A DNA stretch of 64,000 nt from an uncultured Pseudomonadota bacterium (lineage in GTDB: Bacteria > Oederibacteriota > Muellerivitia > Muellerivitales > Muellerivitaceae), in assembly GCA_963843375.1 (NCBI GenBank), contig CAWJKT010000004.1, forward strand, positions 128,001-192,000, written 5' to 3'. Made by a program: the position numbers and the translations under genes. Below, in pieces: positions 1-10,604 of the stretch (position 1 is its first letter; every line of letters begins with the position of its first letter). The notes below the pieces were generated by a model. The model did no database searches and was not told where the DNA came from. It saw only the letters and a list, made by a program, of their open reading frames with translations.

Positions 1-2
1 CC

Positions 3-302
3 CCAGCGGCCCAGCGGGGGGCTTATCACTCAGCTGAAATCGAGTACGTTTTCGGGACTCTGGCTTCGAAGGATCTTCCCTGGCGGCCGGAGGACGAAGA
101 ACTATCGAACCTCATGTCTGCCTATTGGACTAATTTTGCGAAGACTGGCAATCCCAACGGCCCGGGCTTGCCCCCCTGGCCGGCCTATGATGCCAAGGAC
201 CGGTACCAAGTCATGCACCTGGGTGCCGAGTCGCACGCCGAAGAGGATAAACACCGAGAACGGTATCAATTCCTAGATGGCTTGTTGCCGTCTTCACCTT
301 AG
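3..302 (+). CDS. Type-B carboxylesterase, C-terminal part (gene starts before the window)
   Basis: Frame is open from base 3: GAYHSAEIEYVFG (catalytic His region) followed by MSAYWTNFAKTGNPNGPGLPPWPAY, the typical COesterase C-terminus. Confidence 0.9.
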   Translation, partial: PAAQRGAYHSAEIEYVFGTLASKDLPWRPEDEELSNLMSAYWTNFAKTGNPNGPGLPPWPAYDAKDRYQVMHLGAESHAEEDKHRERYQFLDGLLPSSP

Positions 303-512
303 CTGGAAGCGCCCGAAACAAAAAATATGCACTTACCTTTAAAATTGAAACCCAACCCGAATTCCTTTTGATGAATTATGATGGCTTTTATGAATCTTCC
401 TTGGCGGATGAGTTCACCGTTTAAATATTGGATTCCTGGCTTGAAGTGGAACCGCCGGGGAAATAAACAAAAAAACGGAGTGAAGGAGACTGGCTTTGAG
501 AGGAGTTAAGAA

Positions 513-935
513 ATGAAATTAACAGCTAAAGACAAAAAGCTAATCGAAGAAGCCAAAAAAATCATTGCCAAATCCCAGCCGGTTAAATTAAAGGATACGA
601 GCGATGTCGGAGCCGCGCTTTTCACCTCAAAGGGAAATCTTTATCGCGGTGTATGTGTTGGCTTCCATTGCGGAATCGATTCTTGTGGGGAATACCAGGC
701 CATCGGTTCGATGATTTCCAATGGCGAAAAAGAAATCCGAACTATTGTCGCCGTTAAGCTTGATGCAAAATCAAATAAACACCGGGTCATCCCTCCCTGC
801 GGGAAATGCAGAGAAATGATTTGGCAGGCCTGCAAAAAAAATCACCATACCGAAGTCATAGTGTCCGAATCGAAAAAAGTTAAACTGAAGAAACTGCTTC
901 CCCATGCTTGGGGCGGTTCTATCGAAAGAGAATAG
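513..935 (+). CDS. Cytidine deaminase family zinc enzyme (tetrameric CDA / blasticidin-S deaminase-like)
   Basis: VGAAL, SCGE (CxE) and PPCGKCRE (PCxxC) zinc motifs; AGGAG RBS upstream. Confidence 0.85.
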   Translation: MKLTAKDKKLIEEAKKIIAKSQPVKLKDTSDVGAALFTSKGNLYRGVCVGFHCGIDSCGEYQAIGSMISNGEKEIRTIVAVKLDAKSNKHRVIPPCGKCREMIWQACKKNHHTEVIVSESKKVKLKKLLPHAWGGSIERE

Positions 936-1084
936 GCGGCCTAGCTTGTGGGTAGCCGAATTTGATCCACTTCTTAAAAGTTCGCAATGGACTTTGCCCA
1001 TGACGAGGAGGTGAATTGGACAATCGTAAAAAAAGTAATCTTGTTTTGAATTTTAACTGTAACCGTGCGATGGAGGAAGGTTTT

Positions 1085-1753
1085 ATGATCCGTATTTTTG
1101 TTACATTATCCCTCGTTACGTTTTTTGTTTTTGGTTGTGTTTCCGTCAACTACACCAAGTTAGGCAATAACGATTACAACCCCATAGAGCCTTCCACCGT
1201 CATCGTTTATATGGACCCTTCCGATGTTCCCGTTAAATTTGAAAAAATTGGTTTGTTGAATTCCACGGGAAGTTCCACCTTTACGAATGAGAAATCCCTA
1301 ATCGACGCCATGAAGGAAAAGGCCGGTCAAATGGGGGCGGATGCGATAATTTTGGGGACTATGGAGGACGCGGACTGGTTTCAAAAAGCCGTTGGGGCTT
1401 ACTTGAATGTTCCGACAAAAAGGCACGGCCAAGCGTTGGCAATCCGGTTCTTAAATCCTCTGGGCGCCTATGGAAGTGGTCCTTCGGGCAGTTCGCCGAG
1501 TTCCACTATTCCTATTTACATCAGCACGGATGGGACACGCGAAGTCAAAATATTTAATAGCCAGGCTTTCCTTTACGACATGGTTCCCGTTGACAACAAC
1601 CATCGAGCGACTTTTCTTTCCGATAACGTAAAACTAGTAAAGTTCTTACCCGATCTCAATGGTAATCCCCCCCAGGTGTGGACTTTGCTGAACGATGGAA
1701 ACACCCAGATTTTTGATTCGAAAGGCAACCCAATGAAGGGTTCAGGAAATTAA
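1085..1753 (+). CDS. Putative lipoprotein with a YbjQ-like N-terminal domain
   Basis: Lipobox MIRIFVTLSLVTFFVFGC; MKEKAGQMGADAIIL motif; start chosen at ATG 1085. Confidence 0.6.
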   Translation: MIRIFVTLSLVTFFVFGCVSVNYTKLGNNDYNPIEPSTVIVYMDPSDVPVKFEKIGLLNSTGSSTFTNEKSLIDAMKEKAGQMGADAIILGTMEDADWFQKAVGAYLNVPTKRHGQALAIRFLNPLGAYGSGPSGSSPSSTIPIYISTDGTREVKIFNSQAFLYDMVPVDNNHRATFLSDNVKLVKFLPDLNGNPPQVWTLLNDGNTQIFDSKGNPMKGSGN

Positions 1754-1764
1754 AATAAATCGTT

Positions 1765-4371
1765 TTATCGAACCAACAAAATCCTTGTCTGGTGGACACC
1801 GGTCGGCTCGACTAGCCGAATGATATAGGTGCCGCTGGCTACCTCATCTTCGTACTTATTTTTTCCGTCCCAGGTGACCTGAAAGGATCCCGCTGGCTGG
1901 TTAGAATTGTTTAATAGGGTCCGGATATATTCCCCCGCAGTGTTGTAAATCATTACCGAACAGGCGCCCGGATAACAAAGGAAGGCGTTTAAAGTCAAGG
2001 CTTGGTTGGTTTGGGGGGTGAAGAGGTTCAGCGAAACGGAAAGAACGCTTTGGCAAATGGGTGTGGGGCTGGAAGAGGGTGTAAAGGTAACGGTTGGCGT
2101 GGCAGTGATGGTGGGAGTCGGCGTATTCACTGCGAACTTGGTGACGAAAGCGTCCTCGGCCCCGCCCTCGTAATTCATTTGGAAGGCCCCGGACGTGGTC
2201 GGAAAGTTTCCGGTGGAAAATCCGGTTAGATAAATGTTCCCAATAGAGTCCAAGGCAACTTTGAAACTGGAGTCGCCCCCCGAACCACCCAGGTAGGTCG
2301 AATAGACCAAGGCCGTTCCCTGCGGATTGAGAATGGCCATGAATCCGTCTGAGGCCCCGCCTCCGTAAACCGTCTGATAGGCTCCAGCAGTGGTCGGGAA
2401 GGCACCCGCAGTGTCACCGGTAGCATAGGCGTTTCCAGAACCGTCCACGGCGATGCCGCCGCCATGGGTATTGCCTATGCCTCCCAAATAGGTCGAATAA
2501 ATGAGGGCCGTCCCAGTGGGGTTCAATTTGGTTACGAAGGCATCCCCAATGTCACCGGGGTAGGCTGTCTCCAAGGATCCGGCGGTGGTGGGGAAATTTC
2601 CACCGGTGGAGCCGATGACATAAGCGTCTCCCGTGGCGTCTAAGGCAATGCCATAAGCTGCATCATTGTTGTTTTCCCCTACGTATGTCGCGTAGACCAG
2701 GGCGCTTCCGGCCGGATTCAACTCGGTGACAAAAACGTCCCAACTGCTCGTGGCTCCATAAACGGTTTGATAGGCTCCCGGTGTGACCGGGTAGTTCGGA
2801 CTGGTCGTGGCCCCTGTGATAAAGGCGTTTCCTGCGGCGTTTACGGCAATGGCTTCCGCCATATCGTTTCCGCTTCCGCCCACATAGGTTGAATAAAGCA
2901 GAGAGCTTCCAGTGGGGTTCAATTTGGTCACAAAGGAGTTCCCCGCTCCCGAGAGCAGGGTGGTTTGAAATGCCCCAGGAGTCACCGGAAAATTGGTGGA
3001 AGAGGTATGACCCGTGGCATAAGCGTTTCCCGCTCCATCCACCATGATACCGTTACCTTGATCCTCGCCGTTTCCTCCCAGGTACGTCGAATAAACCAGG
3101 GTGCTTCCGGAAGGATTCAATTTGGCCATAAAGGCGTTTGAGCCCCCTCCGCCATAAACCGTTTGATAGGCTCCGCCCGTGATGGGGAAGTTGAGGCTGT
3201 CCGTTTCGCCCGTCACATAGGCGTTCCCAGCGCCATCGATGGCGATGCCAAAACCCCCATCCTCTCCGTTTCCTCCGATATAGGTGGAGTAAACCGCGGC
3301 GCTTCCCGTGGGATTTATTTTCGTCACGAAGGTGTTGGAAATTCCGCCCCCGAAAGTGGTTTGAAAGGCACCGCCTGTGGCGGGAAAATTGGGGCTGTCG
3401 GTTGTCCCAGTGACATAAGCGTTGCCCAGAGCGTCGGCCACGATATCCATGCCGTTATCCTCCCCACTGCCTCCCAGGTAGGTGGAATAAGACAGGATTG
3501 GATCGATTACAAGGGGTTTGGCCTGGTCGTAATGGGGGACCTCAAAGCCCGCCTCGTTCGGGCCTAACCTCACGAATCTTCCTTCGACTTTCGTTTTTTC
3601 GTTTTCTTCACCCTGGTAAACCGCCGGAACTTCAAGGGTGAGCCTACCGGATTTGGTTTGGAGCGCCAAACCGCCCCCCGCGCCAGCCTTTACGATTACC
3701 CCGCCGGAGAATTTAAGCCGGATGGCGTTGGGATCCGCCCCCGGTTTCATTAAGAAGTCGTACTCCAGCTTTCCTTGGTCGCCGTAATAGACCATATCGA
3801 TGCCGGGATAAAGGCCCTCAATTTTGATCCGAGAATATTGGGGCAAGTCTCTTCGCCATTGGTCCGGGTTATTGCCGATAAAATAGTTTGATCGACTTTT
3901 CAGTTCCTCTAGCCCCTCCATGCGGCACAAGCGGTTTCCGCCTTGAAAGCGCATCCGAATGATATCGGGGGGGGAAGTTCTCAAACGGGGGCTGGTAGGC
4001 GGGTTCTGATTCGCAATTGAATCGAGAAGGGAAGCGGAGCGAAAAGAGAAAACGGCCTCCGCCGGAGTCAAGAACAGATGATAACTCTGGCCCTTGGCAA
4101 GGAACCGCACCGAGGGATCAGTTTGTCCCTCGTTTTTCTCAAAGCTCATCGGCAAGCTGTCATAGGCCCGGAAAATTTTCTGTCGGGTCTGGGTGTAGGG
4201 CTTGAATGTCCAAGTTTGGGGAATGGGGGACGAGGAACCCAGTGGGTGGTCCAGGGAAAAAGCAAGCAAACCGACGAGGTAGACCAGAAACAAGGACAGC
4301 AGGCAGCATCCTAAAAGTTGGAAAGGTTTGTGGGGAGTCCTTAGAAAAAAGGGGGTTACGTCCTGTGGCAT
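1765..4371 (-). CDS. Secreted SBBP-repeat beta-propeller protein with Pro/Thr linker and C-terminal FlgD Ig-like domain
   Basis: FEKNEGQ...LEYDF N-domain; seven YSTY(L/I/V)GG...GNAY.TG.T...FP.T.GA.QT repeats; TPTPTITATPT linker; IYNTAGEYIRTL...WDGKN...SGTYIIRL tail. Confidence 0.9.
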   Translation of the reverse strand: MPQDVTPFFLRTPHKPFQLLGCCLLSLFLVYLVGLLAFSLDHPLGSSSPIPQTWTFKPYTQTRQKIFRAYDSLPMSFEKNEGQTDPSVRFLAKGQSYHLFLTPAEAVFSFRSASLLDSIANQNPPTSPRLRTSPPDIIRMRFQGGNRLCRMEGLEELKSRSNYFIGNNPDQWRRDLPQYSRIKIEGLYPGIDMVYYGDQGKLEYDFLMKPGADPNAIRLKFSGGVIVKAGAGGGLALQTKSGRLTLEVPAVYQGEENEKTKVEGRFVRLGPNEAGFEVPHYDQAKPLVIDPILSYSTYLGGSGEDNGMDIVADALGNAYVTGTTDSPNFPATGGAFQTTFGGGISNTFVTKINPTGSAAVYSTYIGGNGEDGGFGIAIDGAGNAYVTGETDSLNFPITGGAYQTVYGGGGSNAFMAKLNPSGSTLVYSTYLGGNGEDQGNGIMVDGAGNAYATGHTSSTNFPVTPGAFQTTLLSGAGNSFVTKLNPTGSSLLYSTYVGGSGNDMAEAIAVNAAGNAFITGATTSPNYPVTPGAYQTVYGATSSWDVFVTELNPAGSALVYATYVGENNNDAAYGIALDATGDAYVIGSTGGNFPTTAGSLETAYPGDIGDAFVTKLNPTGTALIYSTYLGGIGNTHGGGIAVDGSGNAYATGDTAGAFPTTAGAYQTVYGGGASDGFMAILNPQGTALVYSTYLGGSGGDSSFKVALDSIGNIYLTGFSTGNFPTTSGAFQMNYEGGAEDAFVTKFAVNTPTPTITATPTVTFTPSSSPTPICQSVLSVSLNLFTPQTNQALTLNAFLCYPGACSVMIYNTAGEYIRTLLNNSNQPAGSFQVTWDGKNKYEDEVASGTYIIRLVEPTGVHQTRILLVR

Positions 4372-4444
4372 TCAAATATCCTTGCAGGGAATAAATGAAA
4401 AAAATAGCGCTTTCAAAAAATATAGAGCCCAGTATAGCATTCAC

Positions 4445-6346
4445 TTATTTGACCATGAATTTCAAATCCTTTACCAGCATCCGGCCCGAACCCTGACTTT
4501 GGGGAAGGTAAAACTCCACATCCTGTAATGCCTGTAGGTCCAAAATGTTATTTCCGTGTTGGTTACCCCAGACCGTGCGGCGCTCCAGTTCCGAAAGGTC
4601 CACCCGGTAATCCTCCCATTTGCCAGTGCCGGTGAAGGGGGGGAAAGAGTAGGATTCGCCGTCCGCTCCGTTCTTTCCATCGTATTGGGCTTGGCCAGGT
4701 GCAGCGCTTCCCGATTCGCTCATATAAATGGTGAAGCTGAGATTCTTGGGAACGAAAGCTTTAAACTGGAAAAAGTTATAGCCCCGCAAGTCAACGGTGC
4801 CGCCATCGCCCAACGGCAGGACATTGCAAGCCATCGAAGCCCCACAGCCCCAGCCGGTTCCGGTTTCGTAATCCAAAGCGATGACGCCGGTCGTCGTATT
4901 TGCGACCGCCTTTCCGCCCGTGGCGGCATCACCCCAGGTATCCACATGGGCGCTATTGTCGATTCTCAGGAAATTCCTTGTCGAAGGAACATTTACCCCC
5001 GCATCGGCTTTGCGGTAATCCGCCCCCAAGTTTTCCTTAAATTCCGTGGGCAAAGGAACCAGGGACTTCAGATGGAGGGGCGCCGCGACTAAATTCAATT
5101 TCGCGTGTTCCTGGGTAATAAGAGGATAGGCATGGTCGGTAATGTCCACCAAGCCGTAATCGCAGTCCTCGCCGTCGAAGCGTCCCTCGGGGGACTCGTC
5201 GGCCCACTCGTACCAATGCAGGCCCACGACATATGGGAGGCTCAGCAGCTGCCGGGCGAAGTTATCCAAATGAACAGCCCTTTCCTTTTGGGTGGGGACG
5301 ATTACATCGGCGCCGTGGGTGTTGGGGTCGCCGCTTTGGTTTTCCATTGCGCTGAAGGAATATTCCGAAATAAGGATGGGCTTTTTGGTCTGGGCGTAAA
5401 AATCATCCAGAAGTGCTTGGTTGATATTGCCCGACTTCTCATAGGTGTTCACCGAAACTACGTCGCAATAGTTGGCGCAGGCTTCCACCGCCTCCCAGGG
5501 GCTTTCTCCGGCGAAGCGGACGCCCAGGATCAAATGGTTCGGGTCCACCGCCTTGAGGGCTTGGGTGGTCACCGAGAAATAACGGTCGGCCACCACGCCC
5601 ACCCAGGCTTCGGCGTCGGCCTTTTGCCTTTTGGTTTTGGCTGACAGGGTCACGGGTGCGTCCAGACCCTCAAAAGATTGAAGCTGGAGGCCCCAAGCCT
5701 CATCGAACTTCTGAACGTCTTGGTCGTAACGTTCCTCAAAAAATTTTTCCAAGGCTTGCTTGTTGGCGTCGTCCAGGCCCTTGAGAGCGTATTTCTCAAG
5801 CAGGGTTTTTTGACCGTCAGCATGCCAGCCCACATCCCCCCACCATGGCAATTCGTTATCCAGGAAATAGCCGATCAGGAAAGGGTCGTTTTTATACTTG
5901 GCGGCTTTTTGCGCGTTCTCTTTCGCGCGGGCGACGAAATCATCCGTGAATACGGACAAGAGCACTTCATCCCAGGGATTCCCGCGCCCTAGGTAAAGCA
6001 TATAGGTGTATGGAAACTTCTGGCCCAGCAAGGCCTCGTCCGCCCAAGAGCCGATGGTGTTGAAATGCCACCTTCTCAATCGGGTGAAGACCCCTTTTAG
6101 CCATGTTTTCTTATTGCCGTCATATTGGTTTTTAACGGGATTGTAGTAATGGTCGTTAGGCGCCCGGTAGGACTGGTCTCCGATAGCGTTCACTCCCATG
6201 GAAAGGAAGGGCTTGCCTGATGGAGTCGTAAACCAGGCTTTGCCCTCTTTCCAATCCACCGTGAAAAATGGCTGGGTTTTCGCCTGCAGGGGGGGCAACG
6301 GAAGAGGTGAAAGGGCAAAAAGTAAAAAGAAAGTTAAAAACTTCAT
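4445..6346 (-). CDS. Secreted clan GH-A glycoside hydrolase (beta-agarase/GH50-like) with C-terminal CBM-like domain
   Basis: Signal peptide MKFLTFFLLF; FNTIGSW, IGYFLDNE (acid/base), DPNHLILGVRF, ISEYSF (nucleophile), VVGLHWYEWADE. Confidence 0.75.
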   Translation of the reverse strand: MKFLTFFLLFALSPLPLPPLQAKTQPFFTVDWKEGKAWFTTPSGKPFLSMGVNAIGDQSYRAPNDHYYNPVKNQYDGNKKTWLKGVFTRLRRWHFNTIGSWADEALLGQKFPYTYMLYLGRGNPWDEVLLSVFTDDFVARAKENAQKAAKYKNDPFLIGYFLDNELPWWGDVGWHADGQKTLLEKYALKGLDDANKQALEKFFEERYDQDVQKFDEAWGLQLQSFEGLDAPVTLSAKTKRQKADAEAWVGVVADRYFSVTTQALKAVDPNHLILGVRFAGESPWEAVEACANYCDVVSVNTYEKSGNINQALLDDFYAQTKKPILISEYSFSAMENQSGDPNTHGADVIVPTQKERAVHLDNFARQLLSLPYVVGLHWYEWADESPEGRFDGEDCDYGLVDITDHAYPLITQEHAKLNLVAAPLHLKSLVPLPTEFKENLGADYRKADAGVNVPSTRNFLRIDNSAHVDTWGDAATGGKAVANTTTGVIALDYETGTGWGCGASMACNVLPLGDGGTVDLRGYNFFQFKAFVPKNLSFTIYMSESGSAAPGQAQYDGKNGADGESYSFPPFTGTGKWEDYRVDLSELERRTVWGNQHGNNILDLQALQDVEFYLPQSQGSGRMLVKDLKFMVK

Positions 6347-6627
6347 AATCCAAGGGCCTCCGAGATGTGTAAATCTTCCAAATAGTATAGTCCTCGAAGG
6401 TTTAAATAGAAAAACCCGGAAGATCGATTTTAGCAAGTTGACGATGTTGGAACCCCTGGAGATAATGTGCCGATTTTCCATCAATCGTTCTTGTATGGAA
6501 ATCGGCACTATACTGATCTCCTTGAAAAATATTCATTTGTTAGGTGGATCAGCAAGTGCCTTCTTCCGGACCGCCACATTATTTCAGGCTTGTTAAGACG
6601 CCGGAATCAAATTAAGGAGATGAAACG

Positions 6628-7293
6628 ATGAAGAAGTTATTTACCGCTGCTGTCAGCCTGTTGTTGCTGTTCGCTGCTCCTCTTTTCGCCGATGACCAAG
6701 CCGCTGCTCCAGCTCCAGCGGCTGCACCCGCAGCCGGAACCCCGATGAAAGCCAAAAAAGCGGGTGGGGACGAAGCCGGTGTCAAAACCGCTTTTAGTAA
6801 ATTCTCGGAGGCATGGACTAACGGGGACGCCAAAGCTCGCGCGGCCTGTTTCACCTCGGATGCCACCCTCATCAATCCTTTCGGTGTGGCGGCCAATGGC
6901 CGGGCGGAGATCGAGAAGCTTTTCGAGGATGAAAACCAAACGATCGCCAAAGGCACCACGCAAACATTCGACAACTTCAAAATTCATTTCGTGATGTCCA
7001 ATTTTGCCCTGGTGGATTGCGATGGAACTATTTCGGGAATCAAGACCCCGGCAGGCACCGACGCGCCGGACGTGAAAGTGCATGTGTACGGTGTCGTCGT
7101 CAACCGAGGCAAGAGCTGGCAGATGTTCGCAGCCCGTCCGTCGATTTACGCGGCAATGCCCGGTGCAGCTTCCGCCGATATGGCTTCCCCGGCCGCCGCG
7201 GCTCCTGATGCAGCCGCTCCAGCCGGCACTCCTAACGCGGCCCCGCCAGCCGCTCCCCCGGATTCAACGACTCCACCCTCGGCCGCTAAATAA
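6628..7293 (+). CDS. Secreted NTF2-like (SnoaL/DUF4440, SgcJ/EcaC-type) protein with Ala/Pro-rich tails
   Basis: Signal peptide; AWTNGDAKARAACFTSDATLINPFG...GRAEIE; AAGGAG RBS. Confidence 0.8.
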   Translation: MKKLFTAAVSLLLLFAAPLFADDQAAAPAPAAAPAAGTPMKAKKAGGDEAGVKTAFSKFSEAWTNGDAKARAACFTSDATLINPFGVAANGRAEIEKLFEDENQTIAKGTTQTFDNFKIHFVMSNFALVDCDGTISGIKTPAGTDAPDVKVHVYGVVVNRGKSWQMFAARPSIYAAMPGAASADMASPAAAAPDAAAPAGTPNAAPPAAPPDSTTPPSAAK

Positions 7294-7342
7294 ATTAAAC
7301 AAAACGGACGAATAAAAGCCAACCAGTTGATGGGAATTTTTC

Positions 7343-7376
7343 AAAGCCTTCCTCCCCTTTGGGGGAAGGCTTTTTT
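7343..7376 (+). terminator. Rho-independent terminator
   Basis: AAAGCCTTCC...GGAAGGCTTT hairpin followed by a T tract. Confidence 0.8.
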
Positions 7377-7428
7377 ATTTTCCAAAAAAAGAAGATAATC
7401 GTTTTTCATTCCAGTTCGGGGGGGCTCG

Positions 7429-8553
7429 GTGGGAAGCAAGCGGATCATCATCGTGGGCGGTGGCCTTATTGGACTTTCCATCGCCGAGCATTGCCTTCGC
7501 AAAGGCCTTCAGCCGGTGGTTCTGGACAAGGGGCCTTTCGGGAAAGAGGCCTCCTGGGCGGGTGCGGGCTATTTGGACTTGAGGGACGCCTCCCGCCTTG
7601 GCGGGGACTTCCTGGAACTTTCTCGCTTTTCCTACAGCCTCTTTCCTGAATGGACGGATCGCTTGAAGAAGGAAAGCGGAATCGACCCCGAATTTCATCT
7701 TTGCGGCAGCCTGGGCTTGGTCTTCAACCCGGAAGAAGAAACGGCGATCCGCAAAATCGAATCCCAAACCACTTCAAACGGCCTCAAGAGTGAATGGCTT
7801 TCTCCCGCCGATGCGCGCCGGAAGGAATCCCATCTTTCGGACAAACTCCAATTAGCTTGGTACCTTCCCCAAACCTGCCAAGTGCGTCCTCCGCGACTGG
7901 TCCAAGCTTTACTTAAGGTGCTCGAAAAGGGAAAGGCCATTCTTCGGGAAGGGGAGGAGGTTCGGGGATTCATAAGGCAAGGTTCCCGGATTATCGGGGT
8001 GGAGACTACGGACGCGAAATATGAAGCCGAGCAGGTTTTGCTAGCTGGGGGCGCCTGGACGGGGGGGCTCCTGGACATTCTGGGGATTTCCATTCCTATG
8101 AGGCCCGTCCGGGGGCAGGTGGTCCTGTTTAAAGCTGAACCCGGTTTGTTAAGGCATGTGCTTTTCTCCTCCACTGCTTACTTGGTTCCCCGGCTGGACG
8201 GGCATGTGTATGTCGGAAGCACTTTAGAAGAAGCGGGATTCGATAAATCCGTCACGAAAGAGGCCATCTCGAACTTGACGCAAGGGGCCTACCGGGCCCT
8301 GCCGCCACTGGAAAAAGCTACGGTGGAAGCCACCTGGGCGGGTTTGAGGCCCAAAGCCGTGGATGACAAACCCACATTAGGGCTTGTTCCGGGCCTGGAA
8401 AACCTCTGGATCGCGTCGGGACACTATACTCACGGCATTCTTCTCTCGGCGGCTACCGGCTATTTGATGGCCCAAGCCCTGACGGGGGGAGGCACCAAAA
8501 TTCCCTTGGAGTCTTTCCGATTGGACCGTGCGCCTTATGCGCCGATGGGATGA
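7429..8553 (+). CDS. thiO: Glycine oxidase ThiO / D-amino acid oxidase family FAD enzyme
   Basis: IVGGGLIG, EASWAGAG, PVRGQ, YLVPR.DG, WAGLRP, GHYTHGILL. Confidence 0.8.
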   Translation: MGSKRIIIVGGGLIGLSIAEHCLRKGLQPVVLDKGPFGKEASWAGAGYLDLRDASRLGGDFLELSRFSYSLFPEWTDRLKKESGIDPEFHLCGSLGLVFNPEEETAIRKIESQTTSNGLKSEWLSPADARRKESHLSDKLQLAWYLPQTCQVRPPRLVQALLKVLEKGKAILREGEEVRGFIRQGSRIIGVETTDAKYEAEQVLLAGGAWTGGLLDILGISIPMRPVRGQVVLFKAEPGLLRHVLFSSTAYLVPRLDGHVYVGSTLEEAGFDKSVTKEAISNLTQGAYRALPPLEKATVEATWAGLRPKAVDDKPTLGLVPGLENLWIASGHYTHGILLSAATGYLMAQALTGGGTKIPLESFRLDRAPYAPMG

Positions 8554-8630
8554 GATTGATTCGATGCCTTTTCAGGCCGGAATGCTTTTATAATATCGCC
8601 GTTCAATTTCAGCTCACGTGAAGGAAATTC

Positions 8631-9584
8631 ATGAGTCTTCTGCTTACAGGCGCCTACGGCTTCATTGGAGCCCGCTTAGCTCACACCCTCTTGGAAAAAG
8701 ACCAAGAGAGTCTTGTTCTCGCCGACAGGCCCGATTATCGGGCCAGCCGATCCTGCGTTAAGGGGTTGGAAAACCTTCCCGTCATCGACCGGGAAAAGCT
8801 ACTGGATGAACTGCCCAAGCTGAAGAAGATCAGTGCGGTGATTCACTTGGGGGCCTGCACCGACACGGGAAACCATGATCAGGCTTATATGTGGAAAATG
8901 AACACCGATTACACCAAAGCGCTGTGGCAATGGTGCTCCGAAAGCAAAATTCCATTTATCTACGCCTCAAGTGGAGCCACCTATGGCCGGGGAGACGAGG
9001 GTTACTCTGACGATCACCGGGATATTCCCAAATACAAGCCTTTGAATGTCTACGGCCGAAGCAAGCATGAATTTGATCTTTGGGCGCTGAAACAAAAGGC
9101 CGCCCCGCCCCGCTGGTACGGGCTCAAGTTTTTCAACGTTTATGGTATGGATGAAAGCCACAAGGGCCGCATGGCTTCGCCGATTTTCCATGGATACAAC
9201 GAAATCCAGAAAGCCGGAAAGCAAACTTTGTTTCGCTCCCATAAAGAAGGCGTGTTGGACGGGGAACAAAAGAGGGATTTTATTTTTGTCGACGATATCG
9301 TGAAGCTTTGTTTGTTCTTCCTGGAGAAAAACCCGCCAGCGGGAATTTATAATTGCGGGACAGGACAAGCCCGGACTTTTCTGGATATGTCTAAGGCGCT
9401 TTTTACTGCCTTAGGGATGGAACAGAAGATCGAGTGGATCGACACGCCTGAAAAATTTCGAGATGGATACCAGTACTTCACGCAAGCGGATATGGGGAAG
9501 ATAAAGAAGGCGGGTTTTAGTGAATCCTTTTTGCCCATCGAAGAAGGCGTGGCTCGTTATGTCCAATGGTTGCAAACTAAATGA
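8631..9584 (+). CDS. hldD: ADP-L-glycero-D-manno-heptose 6-epimerase
   Basis: [56 protein letters not shown]. Confidence 0.92.
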   Translation: MSLLLTGAYGFIGARLAHTLLEKDQESLVLADRPDYRASRSCVKGLENLPVIDREKLLDELPKLKKISAVIHLGACTDTGNHDQAYMWKMNTDYTKALWQWCSESKIPFIYASSGATYGRGDEGYSDDHRDIPKYKPLNVYGRSKHEFDLWALKQKAAPPRWYGLKFFNVYGMDESHKGRMASPIFHGYNEIQKAGKQTLFRSHKEGVLDGEQKRDFIFVDDIVKLCLFFLEKNPPAGIYNCGTGQARTFLDMSKALFTALGMEQKIEWIDTPEKFRDGYQYFTQADMGKIKKAGFSESFLPIEEGVARYVQWLQTK

Positions 9585-9603
9585 TAGGAGGCTTGAAAAG
9601 ACA

Positions 9604-10518
9604 ATGACCTTTTCTCCCGTTGTGCTTCAAACCAACATACCCGGAGTTCCCACTCCAAAACGCGGCAAGGTGCGGGATATTTACGACTTGGGAGACAAGC
9701 TCTTGATTGTCGTGACCGACCGCATTTCGGCTTTCGATGTCATCATGCCCAATGGCATTCCGGACAAAGGCGTCGTTTTAAACCAAATTTCTCATTTTTG
9801 GTTCAAACAAGTCGAAACGATCATCCCGAACCATGTCATTTCCACTGAACTTTCCGCCCTTTCCGAACCCTTCCAGAAGGCCAAGGACCAGTTTTTGAAC
9901 CGATCGATGATCGTTAAGAAGGCCAAGCCCCTTCCCGTTGAATGCATTGTGCGGGGTTACCTGACGGGTTCGGGCTTGAAGGAGTACCAAAAGACAGGCA
10001 GGGTTTGCGGCATCGAGCTACCCAAGGGTTTGGTGGAGTCCTCCCGCATAGCTGAGCCTATCTTTACCCCTTCCACCAAGGCGGAAGAAGGACATGACCT
10101 TAATATTTCATTTGAAGAAATGAAAAGGATTCTTCGAGATGATCGTCTAGCTGAAAAGGTGAAAGACACCAGTCTAGCCATCTATAAAAAGGGACGTGAT
10201 GTTGCGGATGGCAAGGGGATTATCATCGCCGATACCAAATTCGAGTTCGGACTATTGGATGGGGAATTAATCCTTATTGATGAGGTCATGACCCCTGATT
10301 CTTCCCGTTTCTGGCCAAAGGACGATTATAAAGAAGGTGTTTCCCAAAAGAGTTTCGATAAGCAATTCGTTCGGGATTATTTGGAGACTTTGAAGGGCTG
10401 GAATAAGACTCCCCCGGGGCCGGTCTTGCCCGAAGAAATAGTGATTAAAACCCGTGAAAAATACGTGGATGCTTATGAACGAATTACCGGCAAAAAATTC
10501 GGAGATTTCCGGATTTAA
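9604..10518 (+). CDS. purC: SAICAR synthase
   Basis: [54 protein letters not shown]. Confidence 0.97.
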   Translation: MTFSPVVLQTNIPGVPTPKRGKVRDIYDLGDKLLIVVTDRISAFDVIMPNGIPDKGVVLNQISHFWFKQVETIIPNHVISTELSALSEPFQKAKDQFLNRSMIVKKAKPLPVECIVRGYLTGSGLKEYQKTGRVCGIELPKGLVESSRIAEPIFTPSTKAEEGHDLNISFEEMKRILRDDRLAEKVKDTSLAIYKKGRDVADGKGIIIADTKFEFGLLDGELILIDEVMTPDSSRFWPKDDYKEGVSQKSFDKQFVRDYLETLKGWNKTPPGPVLPEEIVIKTREKYVDAYERITGKKFGDFRI

Positions 10519-10547
10519 GGGGCTTCCGAAAAAAATAAAAGCCGGGC

Positions 10548-10575
10548 TTTACCCCATCCAAGTCCCCGGTACAAT
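10548..10575 (+). promoter_or_regulatory. Putative sigma70 promoter of the YeeE/YedE operon
   Basis: TTTACC-16 bp-TACAAT upstream of an AAGGAGG RBS. Confidence 0.45.
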
Positions 10576-10604
10576 AGGGTGGCATTTTAACTAAGGAGGA
10601 TCCC

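Noticed and set aside
2130..3500. Roughly 195-bp periodic similarity as a possible CRISPR or DNA repeat array
   Set aside because: It is the degenerate coding repeat of the seven SBBP blades; there are no identical repeats with unique spacers
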